Shown: one piece after another, positions 21,374 to 34,025 of the stretch
Layout: each line of letters opens with the position of its first letter
How positions within the stretch are numbered: the first letter of the stretch is position 1
NCBI GenBank assembly: GCA_032718475.1
Contig: JAUCBJ010007555.1
Span: forward strand, 1-44,947
Reading direction: 5' to 3'
DNA length: 44,947 nt
Source: Nemertoderma westbladi
Lineage: Eukaryota; Animalia; Xenacoelomorpha
Program-made: the position numbers and the translations under genes
Notes under the pieces: generated by a model
Database searches by the model: none
What the model was told of the DNA's origin: nothing
Seen by the model: the letters and a program-made list of their open reading frames with translations, nothing else

Positions 21374-22609
21374 TGTACGCGCTTTTGAAGACCTTTAGCA
21401 GTTTAACCTGCCAAAATTTATATGTCTTTTGGTTTATAAATAGACTTTAGAAGATGACAAATATTTAATACCAATAAACACAACATTAGCAGAAGCCAGC
21501 CTAGTGCGCGTCCATTCACCCGCTGGATATTCCCGGGAGACTGGATTCTGAGGGCTTAGATTATTATTGCAGTGTAAGCTTACTGTACTGTATTATTCGA
21601 TTGATCATTAATAATTAATTTCTGACTAATATTATTCACTTTCGGGAAATATTAACAGTTCCTTTAGGACGTGGCGCTCTATCTAGGTAAACAGAGATAT
21701 GACTTATACTAATCACAACGGCAAGTCGGTAAGGCTTATGATTCATGTATGAGGCGCATTCTTTAGGAAATGCTTAGTTATCAGTCACAATCATGCACAC
21801 TACCGGTAACACACAATACTGCCCACTAATTTGCCGACCGTCAATGATTTTTATCATATATAAAGAGAACAGCAACGGACCAATGTAGTGCTTATCAAAT
21901 AGCATTAAATTCACTACATACACAATAATATAAGTCGCAATCGCTATATATAACCCGTCTCTCTAACCTGTAGTGTATCAAGAAAATTGGGAAATTTGGG
22001 TTCTTTATAAATGTTCTCCAAATAATATTCAACCAAACAACAGCAAACCATTAAGACGGTAGGTTAAGATATGATATGACAATGTACTGATATGGACCGA
22101 TAACAGTTATACGCTCTATAATCTTAAGCCTACTAATGTTTCTTCTAAAGTCTGAAACGAATTGACTCTAGAGCCGTTGTTCCTGGCCTAGATAGCAATA
22201 ACACAAAGTATCAAGTAAAAACAGTAAGACTGAACACTCTCCTTATGATCGGCCGAAAAGCTACACGTCGACAGGAAAAATCGCTCTGATTGGCTCAAGC
22301 CAAACAAAGAACCATGCGTCCAATGGCTGTTTCCATGTCAGCAACCAGCTGTTAGATGTCGTAATATGAATCATCACGGCTAAGCTGTGAAAGGTATTTG
22401 GTGCATTGCAGGCCCCTTGCCCTACCACGTCCGCCAAAACACGTATATAGCAGAATGACTTTTATGTCCGTTAAAACACCTATAACGGTACCTTGCGGGC
22501 GAGGGGAATATATATACAGTTAGAGAACCTTTTTAGAGTATTCCAGCGCCTGGGGGGAAACTGGATTGCGAAGCAAAGGGGCCAGTTATATCCCACAGAA
22601 ACTTTTACA
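21374..22609 (-). repeat. BEL copy 2 5' LTR (1236 bp)
   Basis: Element strand reads TGTAAAAG...GCGCGTACA; matches 10068-11303. Confidence 0.95.
22086..22296 (-). promoter_or_regulatory. Putative Pol II promoter in the BEL LTR (CCAAT box, TATA, Inr)
   Basis: Minus strand GCCAATCAG near 22290 (conserved at about 24969 in the copy 1 LTR), TATAGAG at 22120, and a TCAGT initiator 32 nt downstream. Confidence 0.4.
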
Positions 22610-22614
22610 GAGAG

Positions 22615-24778
22615 AATGTATTATCTGACACATCATTACGTTCCCAAGCCCGGTAAACCAAACGAAGTTCGGGTAGTGTTTGACGGCTCCGCCCTTTACA
22701 TGGGACAATCCCTGAATTCCGAACTGCTGCCGGGACCCAACTTACTCCAATCTTTGTTGGGAATATTACTACGACTGCGGCAATATTCGATCGTCTTCGC
22801 TTCGGACATCGAAGGCATGTCTCTACAAGTCAAAGCGTTAGCTAGGGATCAAGACAGCCTACGATTTCTGTGGTGGCCTGAAGGAGACCTCAACCGAAAA
22901 CCGGTGGAGTACTGGATGACAATCCAGGCTTTCGGGATTATCTCGAGCCCCTCGAATGCTTGTTCGGTAGTGCGTACCACTGCCGATGACAACCGAGACG
23001 CCTTCTCTAAAGCAGTTATCGACAACATCAAACGGGATATTTACATGGACGACAATTTAAAGTCCCTCCCATCGGTGGAAGAAGCAATAGATGTTGCCAA
23101 GGGAACGGTCGAGTGCTTACGACGAGGTGGATTTCGCCTAACCAAATTCACTAGCAACTCCCGTGAGTTCCTGGAATCGATACCAGTAGAAGACCGAGGT
23201 GCTAAAGACCTGGACCTCATTAAAGACGATCTTCCAGAAACCAAGACTCTTGGATTAAAATGGGACACGGAGAGAGACATTCTATTCTTTCAATTAAAGC
23301 AACGAGATAATCCAGTTAGAACTAAACGGATTTGTCTAAGTATCCTGAGCACTTATTTCGATCCATTGGGATTTATTAGCCCAGCCATATTAGTTACTCG
23401 GAGCTTAGTACAACAAATGTGGCTCGAAAACCACTCGTGGGATGATCCACTCAAGGGAGAACTGCTAAAGAAGTGGATGAAATGGGAAGATTCTCTACCA
23501 TCCATCGAGAACTTTAAGATCTCCCGTTCATATTTTGGTCACATTCTCCCCACGTATTCCTATCAACTCCATGTGTTTGGAGACGCCAGCGATATGGGAA
23601 TAGGTATAGTAGTCTACCTGAGGGTTGAAACTCCGGATGGAATTAAGGTTTCATGGGTCGCCTCTAAGGCCCTAATAAACAACAAACTACGAGTTCCTAG
23701 AGCGGAGTTAAAGGCGGCTCTATACGCTACAGCCATTCCCTGGGACGATTAATCCAGCTGACATCGCTTCCAGAGGAGCAACTCCTCTAGAATTGATAGA
23801 TACTCCAGACTGGTTAGGTGGACCCGACTTCCTGAGTAAAGAAGAGGAGGAATGGCCCCCTCATCTCACCACGGCGGAGATTAGACAAGCCAAGGGAGTG
23901 GAAAAAGTCAAACCTAAAACCCAGACGAGTAAATCAAAGTTATTCAAACCCGTGATAGATCTGTCTGTACTACACGCCTCCGGTGACGACGCTGTGGATC
24001 TAAACTCACCCACGGATGTTACAAGAAATACAAGTAAATCCATTATAGAAATCAGGGAAAGTGACTGGAAATCTGGAACACCAGACGTCTCGCAAGGACT
24101 CTCCCCTCTCCTACAAAGAGCAATAGATCATTATAGCTCCTGGAATCGGCTTTGCAAGGCCGTTGTGTATCTGAAAAGATGTTTCCATCATCACTATTCC
24201 AGGACGAAGAAAACTAGTGATACCGCTCCAATAGTATCTGAAAGGGTCCATGCTATTAAAGACCTTCCCACTTATAGAGTGTCTGATAGGTTTCTGACTG
24301 AGAAGATCAGTTACCAAGAACATGATGATACCAATAAGCAGATACTGAGACTCCTGCAATGTTACTAAGATTCCGATAAGTATTTCCTGTTGTTGAGAAA
24401 TCCACAGATGCGCTTAAGGGATCGATTCTCTAGTACAATGATAGATGGGTTAATACGTGTCGGAGGGAGATTAACCAATGCTCCATTGTCCTTTGACACT
24501 AAGTTTCCCATACTCATTAGAAATCTTGAAATACAAATCAAGATGATTGTAGATGTTCACAGTAGGCTTTACCATGCTGGTAGAGAACGAGTTCTTAGCG
24601 AAATTCGAACTCGCTATTATTTCCACAAGCCCCGAAGAGCTCTGAACCAAGTTCTTAGGAACTGTATACCCTGTAGGAAAGCATTTAGTAGGCCTTTAAC
24701 ACAGCGAGAGGCAGAATTACCTTGGGAACGAGTAAGCTGTTATGAACCACCCTTTACTAATACCGGTGTGGATTTATG
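22615..24778 (+). pseudogene. BEL copy 1 RT, RNase H (Pao A17-type) and truncated integrase
   Basis: YYLTHH, RVVFDGSA, SLNSELLPGP, SDIEGM, LRFLW, YMDD, FDPLG, VFGDAS, PRAEL; deletion to INPADIASRG; IRVGGRL, H..LYH..CIPC, PPFTNTGVD, then truncated. Confidence 0.93.
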
Positions 24779-24798
24779 TAATTGCGATTGATTATGTT

Positions 24799-25887
24799 TG
24801 TAAAAGCTTTTGCGGACATAAAAAGTCATTTTCACGCAATGTGCAAAATACTCTAAAATAGCCCTAAAATTGTTCAACTACGCGTCAGAAAGAAGTTAGA
24901 ACCCAGATGACGAAGTCTGTCAGCTGATTCTCTGTGTATGTGGAGGTTTCTTTGTTCTGGCTTATTCAGCCAATCAGAGCAATCTTTGCTGTCAGGCTAA
25001 CAGAGACCTACCTGAGAAACTCGCGCAATGCATGATGGTTATTATTTTTCTGAGAATTAGATTCAGCTCAGAATTCTGTGCTTCTGTACGGAAGTTTCAG
25101 ACTTTGGCCCAGGAACATCTGATGGCCTTGGTTATAAGAACGTAAATCTATTATCCTATCTTAACTTATTTCATATGACTGAACACATACTGACTGTTCA
25201 CCGCACTGTTTTACTGCTGTTTATATATATTGTATTAATTGTTGTTTATACTAATGGATGTTATATTTGGAGAATACCGATAAATAATTATAAACCCCTC
25301 AATCTTGTTGATTACTGAGGTAAGAGGGAAAAGAGTCTACCGGTAGCAACTGCGACTTAAATTATAGTGGTTTTGTGTGAATTAAATGCTATTTCATAAT
25401 CCCTACGTGTGTCAGTTGCAATTCTCCTTATATATGATCAAATTCAGTGACGGTCGGCAAATTAGTGTAAAGTAGTGTGAAGTCGTGTGAAGTAGTGTGA
25501 AGGTTAATAAAGCATCTCCTAAAGAATGCGCTATTTACGAAACTTTGTGGCCATCTAGTTGTGATTAGTATAAGTCATAACTCTGTTTTTTATACTTAAA
25601 GCGTCACGTCCTAAAGGAACTGTTAATATTTCTCCGAAAGTAAATATAGTTGTCAGAGATTATATAGTAGCGATCAAACGAATAATACAGAGTAGTCTAC
25701 ACTACAATACTTCCTAAGGAACCCGAATCCAATCTCCCACACCGTGGGTCATACGCCGCGCACAGACTGGCTTCGGCAGATGTAACTTCAGTACACCATG
25801 TAATTGGTTAGGGCTAAAGTCGATTCATAAACAAGAGGACAATTAAAATTGGCAGGTTAAACTGCTAAAGGTCTGAAAGCGCGAACA
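24799..25887 (+). repeat. BEL copy 1 3' LTR (about 1089 bp), a diverged relative of the copy 2 LTR
   Basis: Starts TGTAAAAGCTT and ends GCGCGAACA; shares blocks such as tgacggtcggcaaattagtg and cacgtcctaaaggaactgttaatattt with the copy 2 LTR. Confidence 0.88.
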
Positions 25888-26838
25888 ATGTTCTACGCAT
25901 GAGATGATACCTTAGACCATCTTAACAAAGATGGGGTGATGGTAACACCCCTTACTGGCACAAGAAGTAGAGGAAATCCGGCAAAGTACCTTACTTATCT
26001 AGACTTTGCTGATGACATAGGGGTACTGGTACTGTCGGAATCACTAGAGGGAGCCCAAAGGCTCCTATGCTCATTGGAGCAGGTTGCTTCTAGTGTTTGT
26101 CTTTTTGTAAAATTCCAAGAAGACCAAAATCATGACAGTCAACCTAGACAGCCCTCACGAAATGTCTGACCATAAGGGGATAAGCTCTAAGGATGGCTTG
26201 CTTGAGCACATGGATGACTTCTGCTACTTGGGATCATGGATCAGAAAGTCAGGTAAGGACCTTCGAATACGTAAGGGGAAGGCATGGGTAGCGTTAATTA
26301 GTCTGTCCAGGATTTGGAAGTCATATAGAATAAAACGGAACCTTAAGGTTCGATTATTCATGGCAGCAGTAGTACCAGTACTCTTATATGGGAGTCGAAG
26401 CTGGGCTCTAACTGATGAGGATACCAAATCTCTGGATAGCACATTCACAAGAATGCTGCGACGGATTCATTGTGTCAAGTACAATGAACACATATCAAAT
26501 CAGACTCTATACAACATTGGAGGTGTTCCATTAATCTCCCCTAGCTTGACACTTGAACGGAACCGCCTCCGCTTTGCAGGACATTGCTTTCGCCATGAGG
26601 ACCAGACAGGGAAAAATCTTGTGCTTTGGCGCCCTCATGGAGCGAATAAGCATGGTGGACATCCCATGACTTTCTTGAGACACATCTTAAAGGACACGGC
26701 CTTGAAGATGTGGGATGATCTAGCAAATGTCATGGGTGATAGGGAGTTGTGGCGGCGCAATTTTGTCAACAACCGGCACAGCATTCTTAAAAATGCAGCT
26801 GCAATGCAGCATGCCGATCCTAGTAGTAGTAGTAGTAG
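25888..26838 (+). mobile_element. RTE-clade LINE family A, 3' part (RT pseudogene with (TAG)n tail); target of the BEL copy 1 insertion
   Basis: YLDFADDI, DFCYLGSWI, LLYGS..W.L and RLRFAGHC motifs; tagtagtag tail at 26821-26838. Confidence 0.88.
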
Positions 26839-27011
26839 GAGAGTTCCTAATGTTGACTAATATACTGCTGTACACCAGTACCTGATGTCTGTAGGTGATG
26901 GGTTATTGCTGATTGTGTATGTTGTATGTTATTAATATTATACTGCACCGGTACCGACTGTCAAGGAATCATACCTCAGTTTATATATATTAACAGAATC
27001 ATGGTTGCAGT

Positions 27012-27327
27012 CATTGGGAATTATGAGTTCACACTTGGTCTCATTTGGGGAGAGTCAAAAATCTGAGCGGGCAGCCCTGAAATTCTGAAGATTTGATAGG
27101 ACTGTTCTCCACTCACCTACCGATGTAACATCATCAACATATACTGCTTTAAGCACTGTCTGAAAGTTGTCAAGGGTTGGATGGAGCCCTAGTGCAAAGT
27201 AGAAAACGGTCACCCTGCTGAAACCCTTCCTCTGAATATATTATCTCAGTACCAAAAGGGAGAAATGTTTTGAACTCATAGCATAGTTCAGGGGCCTTCT
27301 CTGATGCCAAGCACTGGTCCCTTCTCT
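27012..27327 (-). pseudogene. CRE-clade non-LTR RT core fragment (not in the ORF track)
   Basis: Manual translation across one frameshift: RRDQCL..PEL..FGTEIIYSEEGFQQGD / ALGLHPTL..VYVDDVT..LSPNETKCEL. Confidence 0.75.
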
Positions 27328-29910
27328 AAATAATAAATATGGTATTTAAACATGAATTGTTTCCTGACAGTGTGAATTTAACTTTTTCCCGATTCCATTT
27401 CAATAACCTACCAATACAGTGGCGATCATTATCCCACCCATAAGGGAGCGCACATGCTTTAAAAATTAATTGGCAATCTTGACTTAATATAAGGGCTACA
27501 CAGCTGTTGAAATAATTCAATTCGTTGAACATTATAATTAATAAACCATAGCAGTGGTTATAGATTTTTAGAACGATCTATATAGATTTTGTTGAAGAGG
27601 CTGGACATTACTCATACATAATTTTACCTACATACCTTTATGTTGAGAAACTTTAAGTGTCAAGATAATTGGACATGTGGACTTATAATGATGTACTTTT
27701 TTACAATCATTTTTTATTAAAATGTAAGATTTATAAAAAGATTTATATAATTTTCTCATTAAAGAATTTATAATTCTTATACATCATGAATTCGATTTGT
27801 ATAACCGCTGTAATTCTATATTTAACTTTATTAATTCTACCAGTGGCTATGGACTTGGATAATTTAGCATCAATGGATTGTCGATCTGAAGAAGGTTGTG
27901 CGATCTCCATTGTAAGTAAACAACTGAAAACTGAATAAAATGAATAAATTAAAAGAACAACTGAATAAAATCACCTTTAGCATTTATTAGATTGAATTCC
28001 TGTGGCTCCAGACTTCGTTTCGGCTTGAATGTTTTACCATATATATTAAACCCAGTGTGCCAAAATGACACCCTTTTGAATAAGTTTTTTTTTTTGAGGG
28101 GGGGGGGGGGGGGGGGTGTAAGATTTTGTCGCTATTATCAAATTTTGAACATCCATCAGTTTTGTAAATTGATTTTTTGCTTTACAGGGGTTTTTAATTT
28201 GTAACGGTGATGACACTCAGTCATAGTAAAATAAGGAGAAATGTGGAGAGGAAACTTCGCAGAATTACTTTTAGGACTGCGATCTAGTTGATTCGCATTG
28301 TTTATGGCCGTTTGTGACTGTCATGGCTGAGTGTTGGTCTCCGTTTTGTGAAAAGGTTTTACAGTATGTATATGATAACCTAAGGAGAGCATTGGTAGTT
28401 CCGATATTCAATCCTGGGGTGGAATGATTCCAAAATATGGTTAAGTCAATTAAAAGTTGATAAACTAAACGTTTGTTGTAAAATTTGATATTTGTTGTTA
28501 TTCGTTGGATCATAGACGGCAACATATTATTATGATGAAGTAAGCCAGTGAGTTGCCTTGGGGGATAGACAAATGAAGTTTCAGAGAGTTGCAGAGTTTC
28601 TTACAAAGAAATTTATACCGGAGAGGTATTGACTGAAATAATAAGCCATCGCATTGCAGGCAGTCCATCTAGCTACTACTACTACTAGGTCGAGCGAACT
28701 CGGACAGTGGATATGAGATCCTTCCAGGCTTCCCGGTTCTCCATAGTTGTCGCAATTTCGTTTCTCCCAAGTTCAGTATCCCTTTCAAGTTGATCTATAT
28801 ATGTTATGGCCGGTCATCCACGACTACGCTTTCCATGAGTTTTGTTGCCAGAAAAGTAGATCTGGTATGACCTCGTCTTTACCTCGCCAGCAGTGCCCAC
28901 TGAATCTTAATCTGCGTTCACGGAGGGTGGTTGATACAGGTGGTATTGTACCATAAAGCTCGGCGTATGTCAAGTGTTGTCTCCAGCTGATTTTTTCTGG
29001 CTGCCCTTAGTAGTCTTGTGTAGCAACCATCAATTCGTTGTTCAGTGATTTAGACAGTGTCCAGGTCTCACCCCTGTATAAAAATACACTTTCCACTGTG
29101 GCTCGAAAGAACCTAGTCTTCAGGTGCCTGGAGAGATCTGATTTCGAGATGGAATCCATTTTTGATAGAGCTACATAAATAAGCCTTTGCTTTCCTAACT
29201 TCTATATCCTTTTTGCTACTCTCTATCCATGATCCAAGGTACTGAAAGTCGTCGACCTTCCTTAGTTGATTATTATCAATGGTTGTTTGTCAAGTTTTCA
29301 TCAACATTAAGTCATTATGTCATGAACTCGGTCTTGGTGGCATTTATATGCAATCCAACCTCCTTAGCAGCCCTCTCCACTTTATTTAGTAGAAGCTGTG
29401 CATCTGCTAGAGTATTAGGGAGCAGGGCGATGTCATCCGCAAAGTCGGTGTCTGTACTGTTGTTGCTGCATATCTACTACTTCTGCGTTCTTGAAGTGTG
29501 AATCCCAGATCTTTACCCTTTGTGGCCGTCCTCATTGCGTAATCCAGCACAATTACAAATAGTAATGGTGCTATTGTGTCACCTTGCAGTACGCCAGCCA
29601 AGATTGAGAAAAATTCAGTTTCACCATCTGGTGTGAGTACCAGCCCTTCTGTGTCACAATATAACAATCCAATGCCAGCAACAATTACTTCTGGTATTCC
29701 ATAAGCTCTTAGGATTTCAAGCATTTTACCTCTATGGATAGAGTCGAATGCCTTCTTGAAGTCCACAAAAGGCATGACTGTGGGGAGATTCTTTGACTTA
29801 ATTCCTTCAATCAGTCTCCGTAGTCAAAGTATCTGAGCTATTGTTGATCTATTTGGTAGAAATCCGTCTTGGCTCTTACGTAGTAGTTTCTCTATGTGAG
29901 GCCTAATCCT

Positions 29911-31140
29911 ATCATCATCATCCGGCTTTAAATGCCACCAGCGGCTTTAATGTTAAAATGTTCAAACAATAACAGACAGACTAAATGCGCACAGAATATG
30001 GTAAGTTACGGTAATACAGTTTGCATAATTTAATAAACATTAAATGTATATATTAAAAGAATAATCCCCTTAAAGCCAGCAACTAAAATATATACCATTA
30101 TTTAAGACACGCCGATATACCGAAGACTCACAACAATCCCTACCCGCTGCGACTGCACCAGCCGTATTAAATCAAATGCCACAGCCGCCAGCGCCAGCCT
30201 ACTCCGACTCCCGCCCCGCCTAGGCAACATCGGTCTTTTTCACAAGGCTAGAACCAGGGACACACGAGCGTCAGTTCTCGCTATAATAATCCATAAGACA
30301 GTGCTGTTTGAGAATGTAGTTAGCGTCTGCGTTGTTCATTGTAGACAAAATGTAAAGTGTATTGAACCAATCTCGGAAGGATAAATCACTAATATAACTA
30401 TTATCTTTACTCAATATCGCCCTTATGTCATATTTATTGCAGGTAATAGCTTCTAAACTGGGGTATCCCATACGAACAGAACCAACATTATAATCCGCCA
30501 ATAGTTGGTCATACAAATACACTAATAAGTGTTTCATTAACAAGTTACTGAAGAAATATTTTATTCTAGGATTATCGCAATTAAAGGCTGAGTAAATTAA
30601 GCGTAGTTGAGCTGCATGAATTCTAGGTGCCTCTTCCTCGAACAGAGAATACAACCTTTCGTTAGAAATATAAGAGCCCATACCTAGGATTGACCGCATC
30701 GCCTTTCGCAATATTATTCCAAGACAGTCAAACATATCTGTTGGGATAGTGGACGCACCATATAAAGCAGATTGAGCACATACAACGTTCCATATCAACT
30801 TAGTTATGTAAAAGGGGACAGAGTCTAGGCCTAGTCCTCGTGTTCTCAGCTTTGATACGTTAACCCAGATTCGTTTTACAAAGTGATCTTTAATGTACGA
30901 CTCGAGACCCGGAAGTGGTAAACCTAGGAATGTGCAGTGATTTGCCTTTTGTATGGCTCTTCCATCTTTTAGGTATACCCTGTCATATTTATCAGTCTGT
31001 TTGCCCCATATTATTTCATTACATTTCAGAGTGCTTGTTATGAACCACGATTTTTTATAGTCCAGTTGCAATTTGTGCTTCTTGAATTTCTTGAGGATTC
31101 CTTGAATGTCGCTCTTCAGGTTTGCGAGGAGTTTGTATGT
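29911..31140 (-). mobile_element. 5'-truncated non-LTR element of a third family, with a (GAT)n tail
   Basis: ORF with RT finger/thumb-like LQLDYKKS, TFLG and LYG motifs ending at 30271, a 360-nt 3' UTR and atcatcatcatc at 29911-29922; it replaces part of RTE-B with no TSD seen. Confidence 0.7.
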
Positions 31141-32243
31141 AGCTGTATTGTTGCTGTATGTGAGCAGTTGTAATTGCTTCAATTTTATCCTGTATGTACT
31201 TTTCCTGGCTGATGTTGTAGGCCAATTTAAGATTGCCCTTAGCTATCTCAACCTTGTTCATGTTTTCGGTTGTTGGTTGTTCGGTTTTTACTTTGTAGGC
31301 TATCTTAAGATCTTCTCTCTTACAAGTAACCTCAGAGTTTTGCCATGGCACATATTGTTTTCGTTTGAGTTTCTGGGGATATGCCTCTTAGCTGATTCCT
31401 TGTGGGCTGTTATTATATTCTGGTATATTGAATCCGTGGACTGGTCTTTATCCATTACCTGAAGTGCTTCAAATCGGTTTTGAACTTCTACTGTGTAAGC
31501 ATCCTTTACTGCATTGTCAGTTCTGAGTTTCTCCCAGTCATAGTTGATTTGCTTGCTTGTCCTGGGTTTGCTGGCTCTCAAACTGAGTCTGATCTCTGCA
31601 GTCACAATTCTGTGGTCCGAGCCAATTAGGTTGAACGAGCTGTATGCATCGCAGTTGATCATGCTGTTTCTCCACTTTTTGTTTATAAGGATGTAATCCA
31701 GTTGTGCTTTGGTTCCATTAGGGTATTGGAAGGTCATAGCTTCCCCTTACTCTTTTCGAATGTATTGTTTGTTGGTATCAATTCACATTCTTCCATTAGA
31801 TCTAAACGTAAGTACCCATTTCTGTTAGAACTGGTGTTATAGGTGTAACCCTTGATGTCTTCTGAGCCAATTTGCGCATTCAGGTCACCAGCAATGATTT
31901 TAGCATTGTGTTTCGGAATGTCCTTTATATTTCCAGTCAGAACTTCATAAAACTTGACTGATTGTTCTGGCTCTGAAGCATTGGTTGGACTGTAGCAACA
32001 TATAACTGTTGTCTTGGGATTCCCATCAAATGTTGCAATCATAACCCTGGAATTTATAGATTCGATGTTGTTTAGGGTCTTAAGTGCAAATGGGCTTAGC
32101 AGAATTCCTACTCCACCAATTGATGCATTGTCATATATTTTTTTTTTTTTGAAAAAATAGCTAACATGATGAACAAAAATTTTTCACAAATTAATTAAAA
32201 CACAATAACATAAGCCTACATCAAATCTATACTAACTTCTATA

Positions 32244-33450
32244 ATGACAACAAACACACAAGATTGGAATTCTAAGAAAGTGGTACAATTGCGAGATAAA
32301 TTGAAATCTCGGGGACTTAACAAATCAGGAAGAAAAGCAAAAGATATAAAAAGGAAATGATAGAACGTTTGAAGGTCTATGAGAAGAAATTACTAAGCGT
32401 GAGTTTATCTCAACTTAATGAAGAAGAAGATTCCAGTGCCGTCATTAATCTTGAATGCAGTGCTGCTTTGTCACTGAACCCTTTAATCCACGAATTCAAT
32501 CCAGGTGTAAATGTTTCTTTACAAACACAAGCTAAATTCCCATTGGGGCAGCCTTCAAAACCCATTGATTTGTTGGAGCTCACAGTATCGCAACAAGAAG
32601 AACTCATTAGTTTATACCCCGACAACGATATAGTACCTGATGCTACTGCTATACTGAAAGCAATAACTAAGCCACGATGAGAACATACTAGGGTCTTTAT
32701 CCCCCCATCCTGGAATGAACTTCAATCTCTCAATGGCAGAAAATACTTATCTGACAATGTCATTGATGCCTTTTTTACAATACTTGAAAGGGAGCTTTAT
32801 AAGGTGGTGACCATACCAATAGAATTCTGTAGGAAGCCACATCAAATCCGTTTTGATCTATCAGCGGCAGTAAGGTACATTACAAGCAATTCCAGTGTAA
32901 CAGAAAATAACCTCATTTTAATGCCTGATCTGCACGACAACCATTACACTCTTCATCTGGCAGATCCAATTAGAAGGGAAGTCTTTACGCTGGACTCATT
33001 AATGAAAACTTCTGATTCACAATTATCTCTTAAAATAGCGAACATTCTAAATTTAATTTATGGAGCTCTTGATAATAACTCTTCAACCAAACAACTGTGG
33101 AGACCATCACAAAGAATACGACATTATCCTGGACAGACAAATTCACATGATTGTGGTATATATGTATGCATGTATGGAAAGGCATTGGCCCTGAAATCCC
33201 AAGTTATCTGTAGCTTTCACAAAAACAGTAAGAAGATAAGAGATTGGCTAAATGTTTGTATTGACCTCGTGCGAATTAACGACTACACGGGATCGAGAAT
33301 TATTGTCCCGAAATTATTGTCAACGGTTGTTGTCGACCGGAACACCTCGGGACCTTCCGATACTGCGGGAGTTTATTTTACGGCAAACCAAGGCATCCAT
33401 TCATCTGAACCACATGAGTTTAATCATATGAAGCTAACTATTACAGAATA
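32244..33450 (+). pseudogene. SAP domain plus Ulp1/SENP-like (C48) cysteine protease
   Basis: KKVVQLRDKLKSRGLNKSGRK..EMIERL (SAP, frameshifted); LQSLNGRKYLSDNVID, HYTL, LDSL and QTNSHDCGIYV (H-D-C triad plus oxyanion Q). Confidence 0.82.
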
Positions 33451-33868
33451 CTAGGATCGGCATGCTGCATTGCAGCTGCATTTTTAAGAATGCTGTGCCG
33501 GCTTGTCAACAAAATTGCACCGCCACAACTCCCTATCACCCATGACATTTGCTAGATCATCCGCATCTTTAAGGCCAGTGTCCTTTAAGATGCATCTCAA
33601 GAAAGTCATCGGCTGTCCACCATGCTTATTCACTCCATGAGGTTGCCAAAGTACAAGATTATGCACTGGCTGGTCCTCACGGCGAAAGCAATGTCCTGCA
33701 AAGCGGAGGCGATTTTGTTCTAGTGTCAAGCTTGGGGGAACCATTGAGACACCTCCAATGTTATATAGTGTCTGGTTGGAGATGTGTGCATTGTACTTGA
33801 CACAATGTACCCGGCGTAGCATTCTTGTGAATGTGCCATCCAGAGATTTGGTGTCCTCAGCAAAAAAA
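33451..33868 (-). mobile_element. RTE family A 5'-truncated copy nested in the CRE element
   Basis: Near-identical to 43445-43855 in reverse; TSD ATTACAGAATA at 33440-33450 and 33869-33879. Confidence 0.92.
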
Positions 33869-34025
33869 ATTACAGAATAGTCTGACTCGGACACCAATAG
33901 CACCAATGCTACCCTTGAGAGAACAATGATACATAACCCTGATGTGATCACAACTCATCCTAGAGCCTGGGAACAACCAAAATCCTCCATCATCTATCCA
34001 TACAAATGCCAATGCCGATACGCTG

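Larger units (their letters stand above)
10068..22609 (-). mobile_element. BEL/Pao copy 2: non-autonomous, internally deleted, recently inserted into copy 1
   Basis: 5-bp TSD GAGAG at 10063-10067 and 22610-22614; removing the insert restores ETPITERMYYLTHH in the copy 1 RT; 1236-bp TG...CA LTRs. Confidence 0.96.
4399..25887 (+). mobile_element. BEL/Pao LTR retrotransposon copy 1 (decayed; 5' LTR outside the window; interrupted by copy 2)
   Basis: Leader 4399-5247 is homologous to the reverse complement of about 19140-20083; gag-PR fragments are followed, after the nested insert, by RT-RH-IN fragments and a 3' LTR. Confidence 0.92.

Noticed and set aside
22493-22614. N-terminus of the 419-aa RT ORF
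   Set aside because: It is read from the antisense strand of the inserted LTR and the TSD; the true RT continues from 10067.
31141-31182. Start of the 303-aa ORF
   Set aside because: Chimeric: the first codons come from an alternative frame of RTE-B before the insertion junction.
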